DNA of 63,081 nucleotides, filler included, from Nemertoderma westbladi (lineage: Eukaryota > Animalia > Xenacoelomorpha): NCBI GenBank assembly GCA_032718475.1. It is 4 parts of 4 records of this genome, joined end to end, with 100 filler letters (N's around TTAATTAATTAA, not from the genome) between each part and the next. Parts side by side here need not be neighbours in the genome. Positions count along the whole stretch, not along the records: positions 24,732 to 41,306 come from JAUCBJ010001046.1; positions 41,407 to 57,395 come from JAUCBJ010004492.1; 2 more parts are not named here. One strand, written 5' to 3'. Positions 35,984 to 48,900 of this stretch are shown piece after piece; position 1 is the first letter of the stretch; every line of letters starts with the position of its first letter. The notes under the pieces are model-generated. The model ran no database searches, was not told the origin of the DNA, and saw nothing but the letters and a program-made list of their open reading frames with translations. A program made the position numbers and the translations under genes.

Positions 35984-37063
35984 CTCAGGAACATTTGGCA
36001 CATCAGAAAACATCTAACAGAAGATAATATAAAACGATTAATCAACTCATTAGTTATTTCGAGATTGGATATGAACAATAGTTTACTGTATGCTCTACCC
36101 GATGAATCTCTTAGCCGACTTCAGATTGCTTTAAATTCATGCGCTAGAATTATTACCGGTACCAAGTACCAATACTCCCAGACTATCCCACATAACGCCA
36201 ATTCTAAAATCCTTACACTGGCTGCCAATATCTGAATATCATCAAGAATTGAATACAAAATTGCAACCAGGAAAGCACTCAATAATAAAGCACCTGCCAA
36301 CATTTTGGATCTACTTACACCAAATTATTCTACTACAAGAACTGACTACCTCTGGACCCTTAAAGTTCCCCGTTATTACGGAGCTCGCTGCTTTTCGATC
36401 GCCGCCCCCCAACAGTATTCAACAGTCTACCCCTGGAACTCGGAACTGCAACCAACTACAAGGTTTTCTGCCACGGATTAAAAACTGATTTATTTTCATG
36501 TGCATACCCTAAGTAAGATTTGTTTTAAAGCGCCTTTGAACTGGCATTTAGGTAAGGCGCTATATAAGTTCATGTTTATTATTATTATTATTAGGCCTAT
36601 TATTTATTAGTTTAAGTACTGGTCAGCTGGTATGACTATATATATAAGTCAACTGCTGAACTGCAACTGCAGAACTGTATGTTGAGTCTAATTATTATAT
36701 ACAAGTATATACTATGAAACAATAATTTGCCTGATTACAGGATTAGCCTACACTAACACTACTAGGCCTAACTAACCTATCGGTATCCCTTATCTAAGAA
36801 GTTGGTTAGCATAATCTTGTTTTATTTTTATTTTTTTTTTATTTTTTAATTGTAGGGGGGGGGGGGTACCGTAATTTTTTAATGTCTGTCATTCTTATTC
36901 TACTCAAATTCGTTCATTCAGCTGATAAGGTAGGCCTACCCTGCTACCTGTCCGGTACCTACCGTAACTAACAACTACAATTACACCGATGTCTAGACTG
37001 TAGGCTATATATATATAATTGTTGTTGCAACTTGTTATTAATTGTTCTTTAGTTATATTTATA

Positions 37064-39199
37064 ATGTCGTTGGGACAGAAAGTGAGTCCGGGAGGACAAC
37101 CCCAACCGTACAACGCTGGGCCCGGCAACCCAGGTTACCAACCACCCCAGTACAATTCAACAGTCGGCTACCCCGTCAATCAAACCGATTCAGGGCAGAA
37201 TAATCGGTTTACGGGATCCAATATGCCGGAATATAACGGCGGTAGACAGATGGTCAATGGTGTTCCTAGCCAGGGTCCCCAGAAGCGGGGACCCCTGCCT
37301 CCCGATGCTATGCGAAACGGACCACCCCAACAGCCGCACGGATTGGATAACTTTTCTGGGATGCGAATCAGCCCAACTGTGGGTGGTGGAGCTGTAAACA
37401 GACCGTTGGTTCGACCCCAGGCGCCGACGCAGTTTACTCACGCTGCACCGGGGATGCTACCAGCCGTACGATTACCTAATCAACCCGTCGCTGCGTCTAA
37501 TGGTCCCCATCTGGGGGCCAGACAGTCTCCGTTGGGCCACAATGCGCCCCCCAGGGAGGAGGCGTCCAGGGGTCACTCAACCGGACCCCAACATACCGGT
37601 AACATACCGACACCCGGTCGAATCAACCAGCCGTCCTGGCCAGCCGGCCTGCAGTCTCCAGCGCGTGGTTCACCAGGTTTGGCCCCGTCCGTTAGACAAC
37701 CAGACATTCGTTCCCCCTTCGTCCCACCAGTGACCAGCCACCAGCAGTCTCGGCCTGTAGTCCCAGTAATGCGTCCACCACAACCTGGACTAAATGATAT
37801 CAACAAAACGTCTGTGTTGTCGCCATCTCCACGGTTCCCACCTACCAGCCAAGGTATGCCACCCCAAAGCCAAGGTACCGGTATGCCACTTCAAAATCAA
37901 GGCATGCAACCTCAAAACCAAGGTATGACACCTCAAAATCAAGGCATGCCACCCCAAAGCCAAGGTATGCCATTTCAAAATCAAGGCATGGCACCCCAAA
38001 ACCAAGGTATGCCACCCCAAAACCAAGGTATGCCACCCCAAAACCAAGGTATGCCACCTCAAAGTCAAGGCATGTCACCTCAAAACCGAGGAATGCCACC
38101 TCATAGCCAAGTTATGCCACCTCAAAACCTGGGCATGCCACCCCAAAATCAGGTTAGGCCACCCCAAAATCAGGTTAGGCCACACCAAAATCAGGGTATG
38201 CCACCTCATAGCCAAAGTATGCCACCACAAAACCAAGGCATGCCACCTCAAAACCAAGGTATGCCACCTCAAAATCAAGCTTTGCCACCCTATAGCCACG
38301 GTATGCCACCCCAAAACCAAGGTATGCCCCCTAAATACCAAGTTATGCCACAGCCAGGTCAAGGAATGCCACCTTCCGCGCCACCCCCCCAGTTTGGTAT
38401 GCCACCGCCACCACAAGGTTCGAAACCTCAAGGCCAAGATATGCCACCGACCGGTTATGGAATGCCGCCACCGATGGGCAGCATCGATCGTGGCGGAGTG
38501 CCACAATTCCCCCCGATGGGGGGCGGAGCTCCACAATTCCCCCCCATGGGGGGCCCTTCGCACGGCGGATACCCACCAAGGCCACCGGGGGGCGCCGCGA
38601 TGGGGCAGTCTTACAACGCCCCTGCCGGTCTGCCCCCTGGCAGCCCAGGTTTCCCCCCCACGGGCCCCGGTTTCCCGCCCAGCGGCCCCCCTATGGGAGC
38701 CGCCTACCCCACGGTCCCCCCTGGGAACGCGTCCCCCCTGCCCCCTCCAAACCAGCCCCCCGCCCCGCCAGCCCCCCGCTCCACGCGCCTAGACCCCGAA
38801 CAGGTCCCCAGCCCCATCACCGTGATCGAGGACGACCGAGCGAAGCGAACCGGCGAGCAGTTCACGACCAACGAGCCCGGTAAGATCCCCCCGCTAGTCA
38901 CCACGGATTTCGTCGCTATTGACCAAGGCAACGCGACGCCCCGGTTCGTCCGCGCGACCACCTACTGTCTCCCGACGTCCGCCGATGTCGCCAAGCAGTG
39001 CGCGATCCCCATGGCGTTGGTCGTTAAACCGCTGGGGGAGCCGGGTCCCGGTGAACCCCCACCGCCGGTGGTGGACCACGCAACCGGCCCCGCCTCACCG
39101 GTGCGCTGTAACCGGTGCAAGGCCTACATGGCGCCGTTTATGGGGTTTATTGACGGAGGCAGGAAGTTCCAATGCCGTCTCTGCAGTTGCGTTACGGAG
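37064..39199 (+). CDS. SEC24C: SEC24C/D COPII coat subunit, coding exon 1 (Pro/Gln-rich N-terminus, zinc finger)
   Basis: RLDPEQVPSPITVIEDD, PPLVTTDF, DQGNATPRFVRAT, PVRCNRCKAYM..CRLC; donor gag|gtaagt. C vs D paralog not resolvable. Confidence 0.9.
37847..38370 (+). repeat. 21-bp coding repeat (PPQNQGM)n in the SEC24 N-terminus
   Basis: Visible in DNA and protein. Confidence 0.9.
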
Positions 39200-39774
39200 G
39201 TAAGTAATACTATAAATAATATACATATATTATAACCACTAACTGTTTTTATAATAAATATTTTTATTTTCCAACCAGAACCGATTTCATCACGTATTAA
39301 TCCGGCGCGCTTTACAATATCGCTCGAAAATCACAAAACGCGCCGGCTTAGCGTGTGGCGCTCCCAAAAATACAGACCGGCACCGGTTTGTTGGTTAATG
39401 TCGTTAATGCTTGGAAATTAAATTTTCTTGACACGAAGAACCGCATAAGCTTTTCACCAATTACCTAAAATAATTCCGCATACCCCGTGGATAGGCCAGA
39501 ATGGCAAATCAGATAGGAAAACATTTAACATAAAATCCCCCCCCCCCCCCCCCCCCCCCCACCCTTCCCCACCCACTCGTCCCGCATTACGCCTAGTTTG
39601 TTCTTTATATTTTATTTAACCCTTTTTTGCCATTTTACTTCACTGCGAAAAAAACTTAAAATTTTTGTAATTGTAGAATTGTTAAGTTATTTTAAATAGA
39701 TTTCAGCTCCATTATTATAAGAAGATCAGTAAACAGTACCGGTACCGGTATATATATGATGATTGCGATTGCAG

Positions 39775-41306
39775 GTCCCAGACGATTATTTCAACCACCT
39801 CGATCAGACCGGACGGCGGGTCGACATGTTCCACCGCCCGGAACTCCATCTCGGATCCTACGAGTTCGTCGCCACGGCCGACTACTGCAAGAACCAAACC
39901 CTCCCGAAACCGCCGGCCTACGTGTTCGCGATCAACGTCTCGTACAACGCGATGCGTTCCGGGATGGTCGAGTTGCTATGCCGGGAACTCCCTCGGATCC
40001 TGGAGGGACTCCCGCGGGACCATCCGGACAGACAGTCGGACATCCGCGTCGGCTTCCTCACCTACACCGACACGGTACAGTTCTACAACGTAAAGGCGAC
40101 CCTCTCGCGTCCGCAGCAAGCCGTCGTCTCCGATATAAACTCGGCCTTCCTCCCGTTTCTCGATGGATTCCTTGTTTCGTTCGAGGAATCCCGATCGATC
40201 GTTTCCTCGCTCCTCGAGGAACTCCCGTCGATGTTCGCGGAGTCCCGCAGCACCGAGGCGATCCTCGGGCCCGTCGTGCAGGCGGGGTTGGACGCGTTGC
40301 GCGCGGCCCGTCGCCCCGGGAAGCTGTTCGTCTTCCACTGCGGGCTGCCGTCCACCGAGGCCCCGGGGAGGTTGAAGAACCGCGAGGATCGAAAACTCCT
40401 CGGTTCCGATAAGGAGAAGGTGATCCTCTCCCCGGCGTCGCCGTTCTACCCGCAACTAGGCGCGGATTGCGTCGCGCTCGGTTGCTCCGTCGATCTCTTC
40501 CTCTTCTCCTCGCAGTTCGTCGATCTCGCCTCGCTGGCCCCCGGTCGTCTCGCTCACCGGCGGCTCGCTCTACCGCTACCCCGCAGTTCGACCGCGTCGC
40601 CGACGGGCCCCGGTTCCTCCGGGACGCGGACCGCGCGGTAACCCGCCCCGTCGGCTTCGACGCCGTCCTCCGCGTGCGAACCAACCAGGGGATCCGCGCG
40701 GTCGACTTCCTCGGCAACCTGCTGATGAACAACACGACGGACGTGGAGCTGGCGGCGATCGACGCGGATAAATCGATCGTCGCCGAGTTGAAACACGACG
40801 ATTCGTTGTCCCGGGAGGCCGGCGCGCTCGTACAGATCGCGCTGCTCTACACCTCGGTCGGCGGACAGCGTCGTCTCCGCATCCACAACGTGGCCCTCGG
40901 CGCGAGCGACCAATTCGCCGATATATACCGGAGCGCCGACCAGGACGCGCTAATAAACGTCCTCGCGAAGAAAGCGAGTAAAGCGTTGTTAACGATCCCG
41001 CAACGCGAGGTCCGAGAGACGCTAATCAACCAAGCGGCTACGATCCTCGCGTGTTACCGACAGACCTGCTCCTCTCCGTCCTCCTCCGGGCAGCTGATCC
41101 TCCCGGAGTGTCTCAAACTCCTCCCGGTTTACCTCAACTGCCTCATCAAACACGATTCTATAAGCGGCGGTTCCGATCTGCCGGTCGACGAGAAGCGATT
41201 CCTCATCCATCTTCTATCCTCGTTGGACATCCCGAGTTCCGTCGGTTTCTTCTACCCGAGTTTGATTCCGTTGTTTCGGGATTCCTTCAACGCGGTTCGC
41301 TGCTCC
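39775..41306 (+). CDS. SEC24C: SEC24C/D coding exon 2 (trunk, beta-sandwich, helical domains); two apparent +1 indels near 40540 and 40580; truncated by gap
   Basis: Acceptor ttgcag|GTC; VPDDYFNHLD..RPELHLGSYEFVA, GFDAVLRVRT, QIALLYTSVGGQRRLRIHN, GQLILPECLKLLP. Confidence 0.92.
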
Positions 41307-41406
41307 NNNNNNNNNNNNNNNNNNNNNNNNNNNNNNNNNNNNNNNNNNNNTTAATTAATTAANNNNNNNNNNNNNNNNNNNNNNNNNNNNNNNNNNNNNN
41401 NNNNNN
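41307..41406. other. Artificial contig spacer
   Basis: N-TTAATTAATTAA-N. Confidence 0.95.
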
Positions 41407-42987
41407 CTCACACATTGGGGAGTTATTTTAGTTATATATATATATAATAAATTTATTTTTATATGTGAGTTTGTTATTAAAGACGGCGTCAAGACGCCGT
41501 GAAGAAACCGAAGTTAAACCAAACCGAAACTAATTTTTTTACAGGCCATAAGCCGCAAACCTTTTTTTTACAGGATATCAACTCTAAAACAGTTTCGAAT
41601 CTGGGCGCCTGGTTACGAATTTGGATTTCCAATTACGAATTTGAATACCTGGTTACAAATCTGTATTTCCGCATTACGAATCAATGTGTTTGGTTAAAAA
41701 TATGGGCACCTTGTCACGAATTGATGTCCCTGGTTACAATTTGTTACAAATGGTTGGGGTTGCAAATATGAGCACCCAGTATCAGCCAGAACGGGAAATA
41801 TTAACAGTTCCTTTAGGACGTGGCGCTCTAAGTATGTAAACAGAGTTATGACTTACACTAAACACAACGGGATGGCTAATGATTTTCGTATAAAGCGCAT
41901 TCTTTAGGAAATGCTTTGTTATCTGTCACACTCATGCACACTACCGCACACTGCTGCACACTGATCTGCCGACCTTCACTAAATTTGATCATATATAAGG
42001 AGAATAACAACCGACACATGTAGGGATTATGAAATAGCATTCAATTCACTCCAAAACCGCTATAATGTAAGTCGCAGTTGCTACAGGTAACCGGTCTCTC
42101 TAACCTTCAGTATATCAAGAAGATTGGGGTTTTATGATTATTTATCGATATTCTCCAAATATAACAACATATCCATCAACTTCTAACAATTAATAACCGA
42201 CAGTAAATAGCAGTAAAATAATGCGGTGAAAGGTATGTATAGTATGATATAGGCTGATATGCTATGCTGTGCTTTGCTGTGCCGTGAGTCTGTGATAACA
42301 GTTATACGTTCCTATAATCAAAGCCGTCGAATGTTTGGCTAAAGTCTGAAACTAAGAATAATTCTAAAGCCGATGTTCTGGGCTCAGGAAAAAGGTAAAC
42401 AAAGACCGTCATGCATTGCGCGATTTCCCGTAGGCTTCTGTGCAAATAAAATGAAAATCGCTCTGATTGGTCGAGTGAGCTGAACAAAGAGAGTTAAAAG
42501 CTCCACATCGACATCAAAATCAGCTGATAGATTTCGTCATCTAAGCCACACTGTATTAAGAGTATTTTGGCGTATTGCGGCATAAAATGGCTTGTTATGT
42601 CCGCTAAAGTACACATACAGAAAAATGGCTTTTTATGTCCACTAAAACACCTACACAGTAAGAAAAACGGCTTTTTATGTCCGCTAAAACACCTACAGAG
42701 TACTTTGCGGGGAAAATGGCTAGTTATATCCGCAAAAGATGACTAGTTATATCCGCAAAAGCCTTTACAATTATAGTTTTCTTAGAAGGCTATTCGCCTA
42801 CACTAGACCTACTCTATCCATTTGCCTTCGCTAAGTCGAAGCCTATACTATAGAGTAAAGGAGTTGTTTATTGTTATTTTTTCGACTCTAAATTCCTATG
42901 TTGGGATATCGTGACATCTTTAAGTTATCAAATTAACGAAACTGTGTTTCCAGATTACAGAAGAGTACTGGCATCCATTGAAGTTTG

Positions 42988-43262
42988 ATTCACATCACAA
43001 ATAATAATTGTTCCCTTTCCGTTATTGAGAGCGTTTTTATCTTCTGAAGCATCTTCGAGGCCACATAATCCTTTCATATAAATGCCACAATATTGTAGGA
43101 GGTTAAACTCTCATAAGTATTTAACTAAAAATATTGTTTTTATTTTGACCTTCAACAATTTTTTATTTTGTCCTTCAACAATTTAAGACGAGAGAGAGAT
43201 CCATATTTCAACCTTGTTTACGAAGGTTCCTCTGAGACATGATCTACTGTAGGAGAAAAAAA
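42988..43262. repeat. Left arm of a ~250-bp near-perfect inverted duplication (partner 45033-45296)
   Basis: Reverse-complement identity apart from one 10-nt indel. Confidence 0.92.
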
Positions 43263-43869
43263 TAAAAAATAATAATCAAAATATATTTCAAGCATATATT
43301 TTAGCCGCGAGATAATATTACCCGGATAATCTTAAAAAAAAACACCTGTCTGCAATGAATTCTTCAGAAAATTGAATCACAAAGTTTACCTTTAAAAGAT
43401 TAAATTCTCCTGCCACCTGCGTAATATAAAACCCGTTTATTGCATTGGGTGATGTGGCCCCTTGCACTGCACTGTAATACTGTGGTAAACCCATACTGTA
43501 GCTGCAGGGCTGCCGTTACTTACAGCCTCCAATAAATTACTTAGTGAAGTAGGCCTAGCCCAATCACCTGCTAGCTGCAAGTTGTAATTACAAAAATTTA
43601 ATGAGACGCGCAGAAAGTGTGAATTATTTCCTTGTGTGCGTCAATTCCCGCCACTTATGCGCGAAAACAGAGGGGTGCTGCTTTCATACAATTGACAATT
43701 AACATTAATTAAAGTTAAGAATGGTTGTCGGCTGTGTGATTGTTGGAGATGTTTATCCCAAATAAAGTACCGAGATTAATTTCTGGCTCCATTTGTGGAA
43801 AATGCGAGTTGAAGAGTTTGCATCACTGCTATGGTGATATGCGGTATATATCACACCTGCATGACATCC

Positions 43870-43940
43870 ATAATAATAATAATAATTATAATAATTTATA
43901 AAGCGACTTTACAAAGGTACAGGAGATCAAGGCGCTTAGA
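43870..43940 (-). mobile_element. L2-like 3' tail fragment
   Basis: (taa)n followed by tataaagcgacttt..caaggcgctt, similar in form to the tail at 36530-36590. Confidence 0.55.
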
Positions 43941-44756
43941 AAACATATGACATCATACAGCACGACACTGAACATATAGCGACAACTGAACAAGGATAAA
44001 ATAACTAAACTATATTAAAATAAAATACATTATAATTACAAATAAAATCAAGAATCGCTTAGCACATACAAATACAATGGATAAAATAACAATAAGATAA
44101 TAACAATAAAATAATTGTTCATAACATAATATTACATGATATACTATACTGTGAATGATTGAGTAGACCTGATGGCAGGAACCAACCGTCCCCCCTCTAA
44201 ACGGTAAGACACCGATCTTGGTAATGCAGATGAAGGGGAGACTTCTATGGCTAATCGCGAAATGTTGGAATATACGTATATGTATATCAGAAAATCATTA
44301 AAAATCTATAATTTAAATTTGTTTTAACAATAAAATAAATTTAAATTATAGTTTTTTACTGATTTTTAATGATATTTAAACACGTTATTTACCTTTACGC
44401 CCCTCGATCCGACTTATTTACCTCCCTCGCCTGCGCTTGGTCCATAAAAAACAGATCTCGGGACCAACGGTAAATAAAGCATTTTTATTTACCGTACAAT
44501 AAATAGTTATCTAATAGGTAATATAATTTTTGGTTTACAATATTTAGCATTATGTTAAATTAATGGAACATTAAGACTAAATGTATAGATTCTATTGTAG
44601 GCCTACTCACTTCACTCAAAAATATAATTAATTATATAATATATTCATATCATAATATGAAGATAATATAATACTTCTACATATGAAAGTAGTATTAATT
44701 AATATTTTGCATTTTCTAGATTTGCAATTTTATATTTTACTGATATTTTTTTTTAG

Positions 44757-44981
44757 CAACAAAACTGACATGTAAGATGAAGAATTGTGGGAGTTCCGAA
44801 AGATGTTGCTTAAATGTGACGAGTCACGATGAGTGTCGATGTAAGCCATTCCCGGGTGAGGAAGTGGCACCCTGTCACAATGGTCGCACCTACGCAAACC
44901 ATTGCGAGATGAGGAGAGAAGCTTGTACAACAGGGAGGTCCATATCCTTGGCAGACCACGGGGAGTGTTTGTCCGGAACAG
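44757..44981 (+). CDS. Follistatin-like (FOLN + Kazal) domain exon, FSTL/SPARC-type
   Basis: Poly-T AG acceptor, phase 1-1; TCKMKNCGSSERCC..ECRC..NGRTYANHCEMRREACTTG..HGEC; alternative donor at 44988. Confidence 0.75.
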
Positions 44982-45032
44982 GTACAGGTGAGATGCGGTG
45001 GTTATTGTTACATAATCAGTTCTACATAATCA

Positions 45033-45296
45033 TTTTTTCTCCTACGTCTCAGAGGAACCTTCGTAAACAAGGTTGAAATATGGATCTCTCTCTCGTCTTA
45101 AATTGTTGAAGGACAAAATAAAAAATTGTTGAAGGTCAAAATAAAAACAATATTTTTAGTTAAATACTTATGAGAGTTTAACCTCCTACAATATTGTGGC
45201 ATTTATATGAAAGGATTATGTGGCCTCGAAGATGCTTCAGAAGATAAAAACGCTCTCAATAACGGAAAGGGAACAATTATTATTTGTGATGTGAAT
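45033..45296. repeat. Right arm of the inverted duplication
   Basis: Partner of 42988-43262. Confidence 0.92.
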
Positions 45297-45922
45297 AATG
45301 TGACAGAGATCGGCCTATAGTAAGTTATATTTTTTAAGTTGTTTGAACTCTAAAACCCGTTGCTGAAGTTTCCATTACAAAAATTAGAGGTTGAGGATTG
45401 AGGTTGAGGATTGAGGTTAGGAGAAGGATTTGAGATTTATTTTCTGGGTCTCCTCACCCGAACAGTTTGTATAAAAAGTAAACAATATAGGCTGAAGTTT
45501 AGTGTTTTACGGGCGAGGGGGGAGTGACCAGTTTGAATCCTAAAATACATTGTATTTGCCACATATCTGACTGGAGTAAAATAAGATGAGTTAAATACAA
45601 GAGCATGTTAGTGTAGCTGTAGATAGTAGTTATACATTATGTAAAAACAATAACAAATACACCAAATAATGTACCGGTATAAAGGTATTGTCCAACATAA
45701 CATATAGGATTACCCCTAAAGCTTTGCAGCTTATTTCCAAGGGGGTCCTTTATGTTACTTGGTTACAAATACAATATTACACTACGCTAACCTAAAACCA
45801 ATATAAAACGTAATTACACTATGTACATGTACAACTTTACCGAGAGCGTGACAATGCCCGACTCAACGATAAAGATGTAACAGAACAATTTATTATAAAA
45901 CGTAATTACAGCATAAATAGTA

Positions 45923-48900
45923 CTACTACTACTAGGTCGAGCGAACTCGGACAGCGGAAATGAGATCCTTCCAGGCTTCCCGATTCTCCATAGTTGTCGC
46001 AATTTCGTTTCTCCTAAGTTCAGTATCCCTTTCAAGTTCATCTATATATGTTATGGCCGGTCGTCCATGACTACGCTTTCCATGAGTTGGTTGCCAGAAA
46101 AGTAGATCTGATATGACCTCGTCTTTACTTCGCCAGCAGTGCCCACTGAATCTTAATCTGCGTTCACAGAGGGTGGTTGATACAGGTGGTATTGTACCAT
46201 AAAGCTCGGCATTTGTCATGTGTTGTCTCCAGCTGATGTTTAGGGCTGCCCTTAGTAGTCTTGTGTAGCAACCATCAATTCGTTGTTCAAGTGATTTAGT
46301 CAGTGTCCAGGTCTCACCCCCATATAAAAATACACTTTCCACTGTGGCTCGAAAGAACTTAGTCTTCAGGTGCCTGGAGAGATCTGATTTCCAGATGGTA
46401 TCCATTTTTGATAGAGCTACCCAAGCCTTTGCTTTCATAACTTCTATGTCCTTTTTGCTACTCTCTATCCATGATCCAAGGTACTGGAAGTCATCGACCT
46501 TCCTTAGTTGATTATTATCAATGGTTGTCAAGTTTACATCAACATTAAAGGTCATGAATTCGGTCTTTGTAGCATTTATATGCAATCCAACCTCCTTAGC
46601 AGCCCTCTCCACTTTATTTAGTAGAAACTGTGCATCTGCTAGGGTATTAGAGAGCAGGGCGATGTCATCCGCAAAGTCGGTGTCTGTGACTGTAGTTGCC
46701 GGATATCTACTACTTCTGCGTTCTTGAAGTGTGAATCCCAGGTCTTCACCCTTTGTGGCCGTCTTCATTGCATAATCCAGCACAATTACAAATAGTAATG
46801 GTGCTAATGTGTCACCTTGCAGTACGCTAGCCAGGATTGAGAAAAACTCAGTTTCACCATCTGGTGAGAGTACCTGCGCTTCTGTGTCACAATATAACAA
46901 TCCAATGCCAGCAACAAATATTTCTGGTATTCCATAAGCTCTTAGGATTTCAAGCATTTTACCTCTATGGATGGAGTCGAATACCTTCTTGAAGTCCACA
47001 AAAGTCATGACAGCGGGGAGATTCTTTGACTTAATTCCTTCAATCAGTCTCCGTAGTGCAAGTATCTGAGCTATTGTTGATCTACTTGGTCGAAATCCGT
47101 TTTGGCTCTTACACAGTAGTTTCTCTATGTGAGGCCTAATCCTATATAGAATCATTTTATTGTATATTTTGGCAGCTACCACAAGCAGACAGATCCCACG
47201 ATAGTTTGTTGGTATGCCGAGGTCTCCTTTCTTGGGGAGAGGCTTTAGTTGACCTTTAGTCCAAATTGGTGGTGGCTTTTCCCCTTTTAACATCCGGTTG
47301 CAAACATTCAATAATGGTCTGTTTAGCACTCCAGTTTTCCATACCTCCGCTGGGATTTCATCTAATCCACTCGCTTTATTATTGGACATGCTTTTAATGC
47401 TTCTTTGGAGTTCGGCAGGTGTGAAGTCCCCTGTTTCTATAGGTAGTTTCTTGTCATATAGTTTCTTGTCATTTATATTTATATTTTGGCACTTAGAAGG
47501 ATAATTGAAGAGTTATCAAAAAAGAAAGACAGGCATCTGGCTGTTATCTTTGTTGACTTCTTCAAGGCCTTTGATTCAGTCTCTCGCTCACGTATGTTCA
47601 GCATACTTTCATTATATGGGATTCCTGATGAAATTATTGCAGCAATCAGATCAGTATACGATGGTTCGACAACATTTGTGTCTACTGTTGACGGTGACAC
47701 AGAACCATTTGAAGTGTTATGGGGCGTCCTCCAAGGAGACACACTTGCACCATTCTTGTTCATTATTGTGGTTGACTATGTTCTACGCATGTCCTTAGAT
47801 CATTATAATGATGATGGGGTGATGATAACTCCACCTACTGGCTCCAGAAGTCGAGGAAATCCTGCCAAGTACCTAACTGATCTAGACTTTGCTGATGACT
47901 TAGGAGTACTCTCAGAATCATTAGAGGGAGCCCAACGGCTCCTCGGCTCATTAGAACATGCTGCTTCTAGTGTTGGTCTTTTTATTAACTCCAGAAAGAC
48001 CAAAATTCTGACAGTTAACTTTGAAAGTCCTCAGCAAGTCTCTGATCGGATGAGCATAAGCTCAAAGGATGGTATGCTTGAGCATGTGGATGACTTCTGT
48101 TACCTGGGATCATGGATCCGGAAGTCAGGTGAGGACCTTCGAATACGTAAGGGAAAGGCATGGGCAGCCTTGAATAGGCTTTCCAGGATTTGGAAGTCAC
48201 CGAGAATTAATCGGAAACTTAAGGTCCGATTATTTAGAGCAGCAGTAGTTCCAGTACTCCTCTATGGTAGTCCATGCTGGGCTCTAACTACTGAGGACAC
48301 CAAATCTCTGGATGGCACATTCACAAGAATGCTACGCCGGGTTCATTGTGTCAAGTACAATGCACACATCTCCAACCAGACACTATATAACATTGGAGGT
48401 GTCTCATTGGTTCCCCCAAGCTTGACACTAGAACAAAATCGTCTCCGCTTTGCAGGACATTGCTTTCGCCGTGAGGACCAGCCAGTGCATAATCTTGTAC
48501 TTTGGCAGCCTCATGGAGTGAATAAGCATGGTGGACAGCCCATGACTTTCTTGAGACGCATCTTAAAGGACACTGGCCTTGAAGATGCGGATGATCTAGC
48601 AAATGTCATGGGTGATAGGGAGTTGTGGCGGTGCAATTTTGTTGACAAGCCGGCACAGCATTCTTAATCCTAGTAGTTAGTTGATCTTTAGAACAAATTG
48701 GTGGTGGCTTTTCCCCTTTTAACATCCGGTTGCAAACATTCAATAATGGTCTGTTTAGCACTCCAGTTTTCCATACCTCCGCTGGGATTTCATCTAATCC
48801 ACTCGCTTTATTATTGGACATGCTTTTAATGCTTCTTTGGAGTTCGGCAGGTGTGAAGTCCCCTGTTTCTATAGGTAGTTTCTTGTCATATATTTTCCTT

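Larger units (their letters stand above)
32550..36592 (+). mobile_element. Decayed L2-clade LINE (RT region to 3' tail), interrupted by insertions
   Basis: NFRPISNPSFISKVIE, SGYRKNNSVETAL, LGVIFDSEL, LRNIWHIRKHL..LVISRLD; 3' aagcgc..ggcgctatataag..(att)n tail. Confidence 0.85.

Noticed and set aside
39756-41362. Multiple overlapping alternative-frame and antisense ORFs over SEC24
   Set aside because: Expected in GC-rich coding DNA; no recognisable domains
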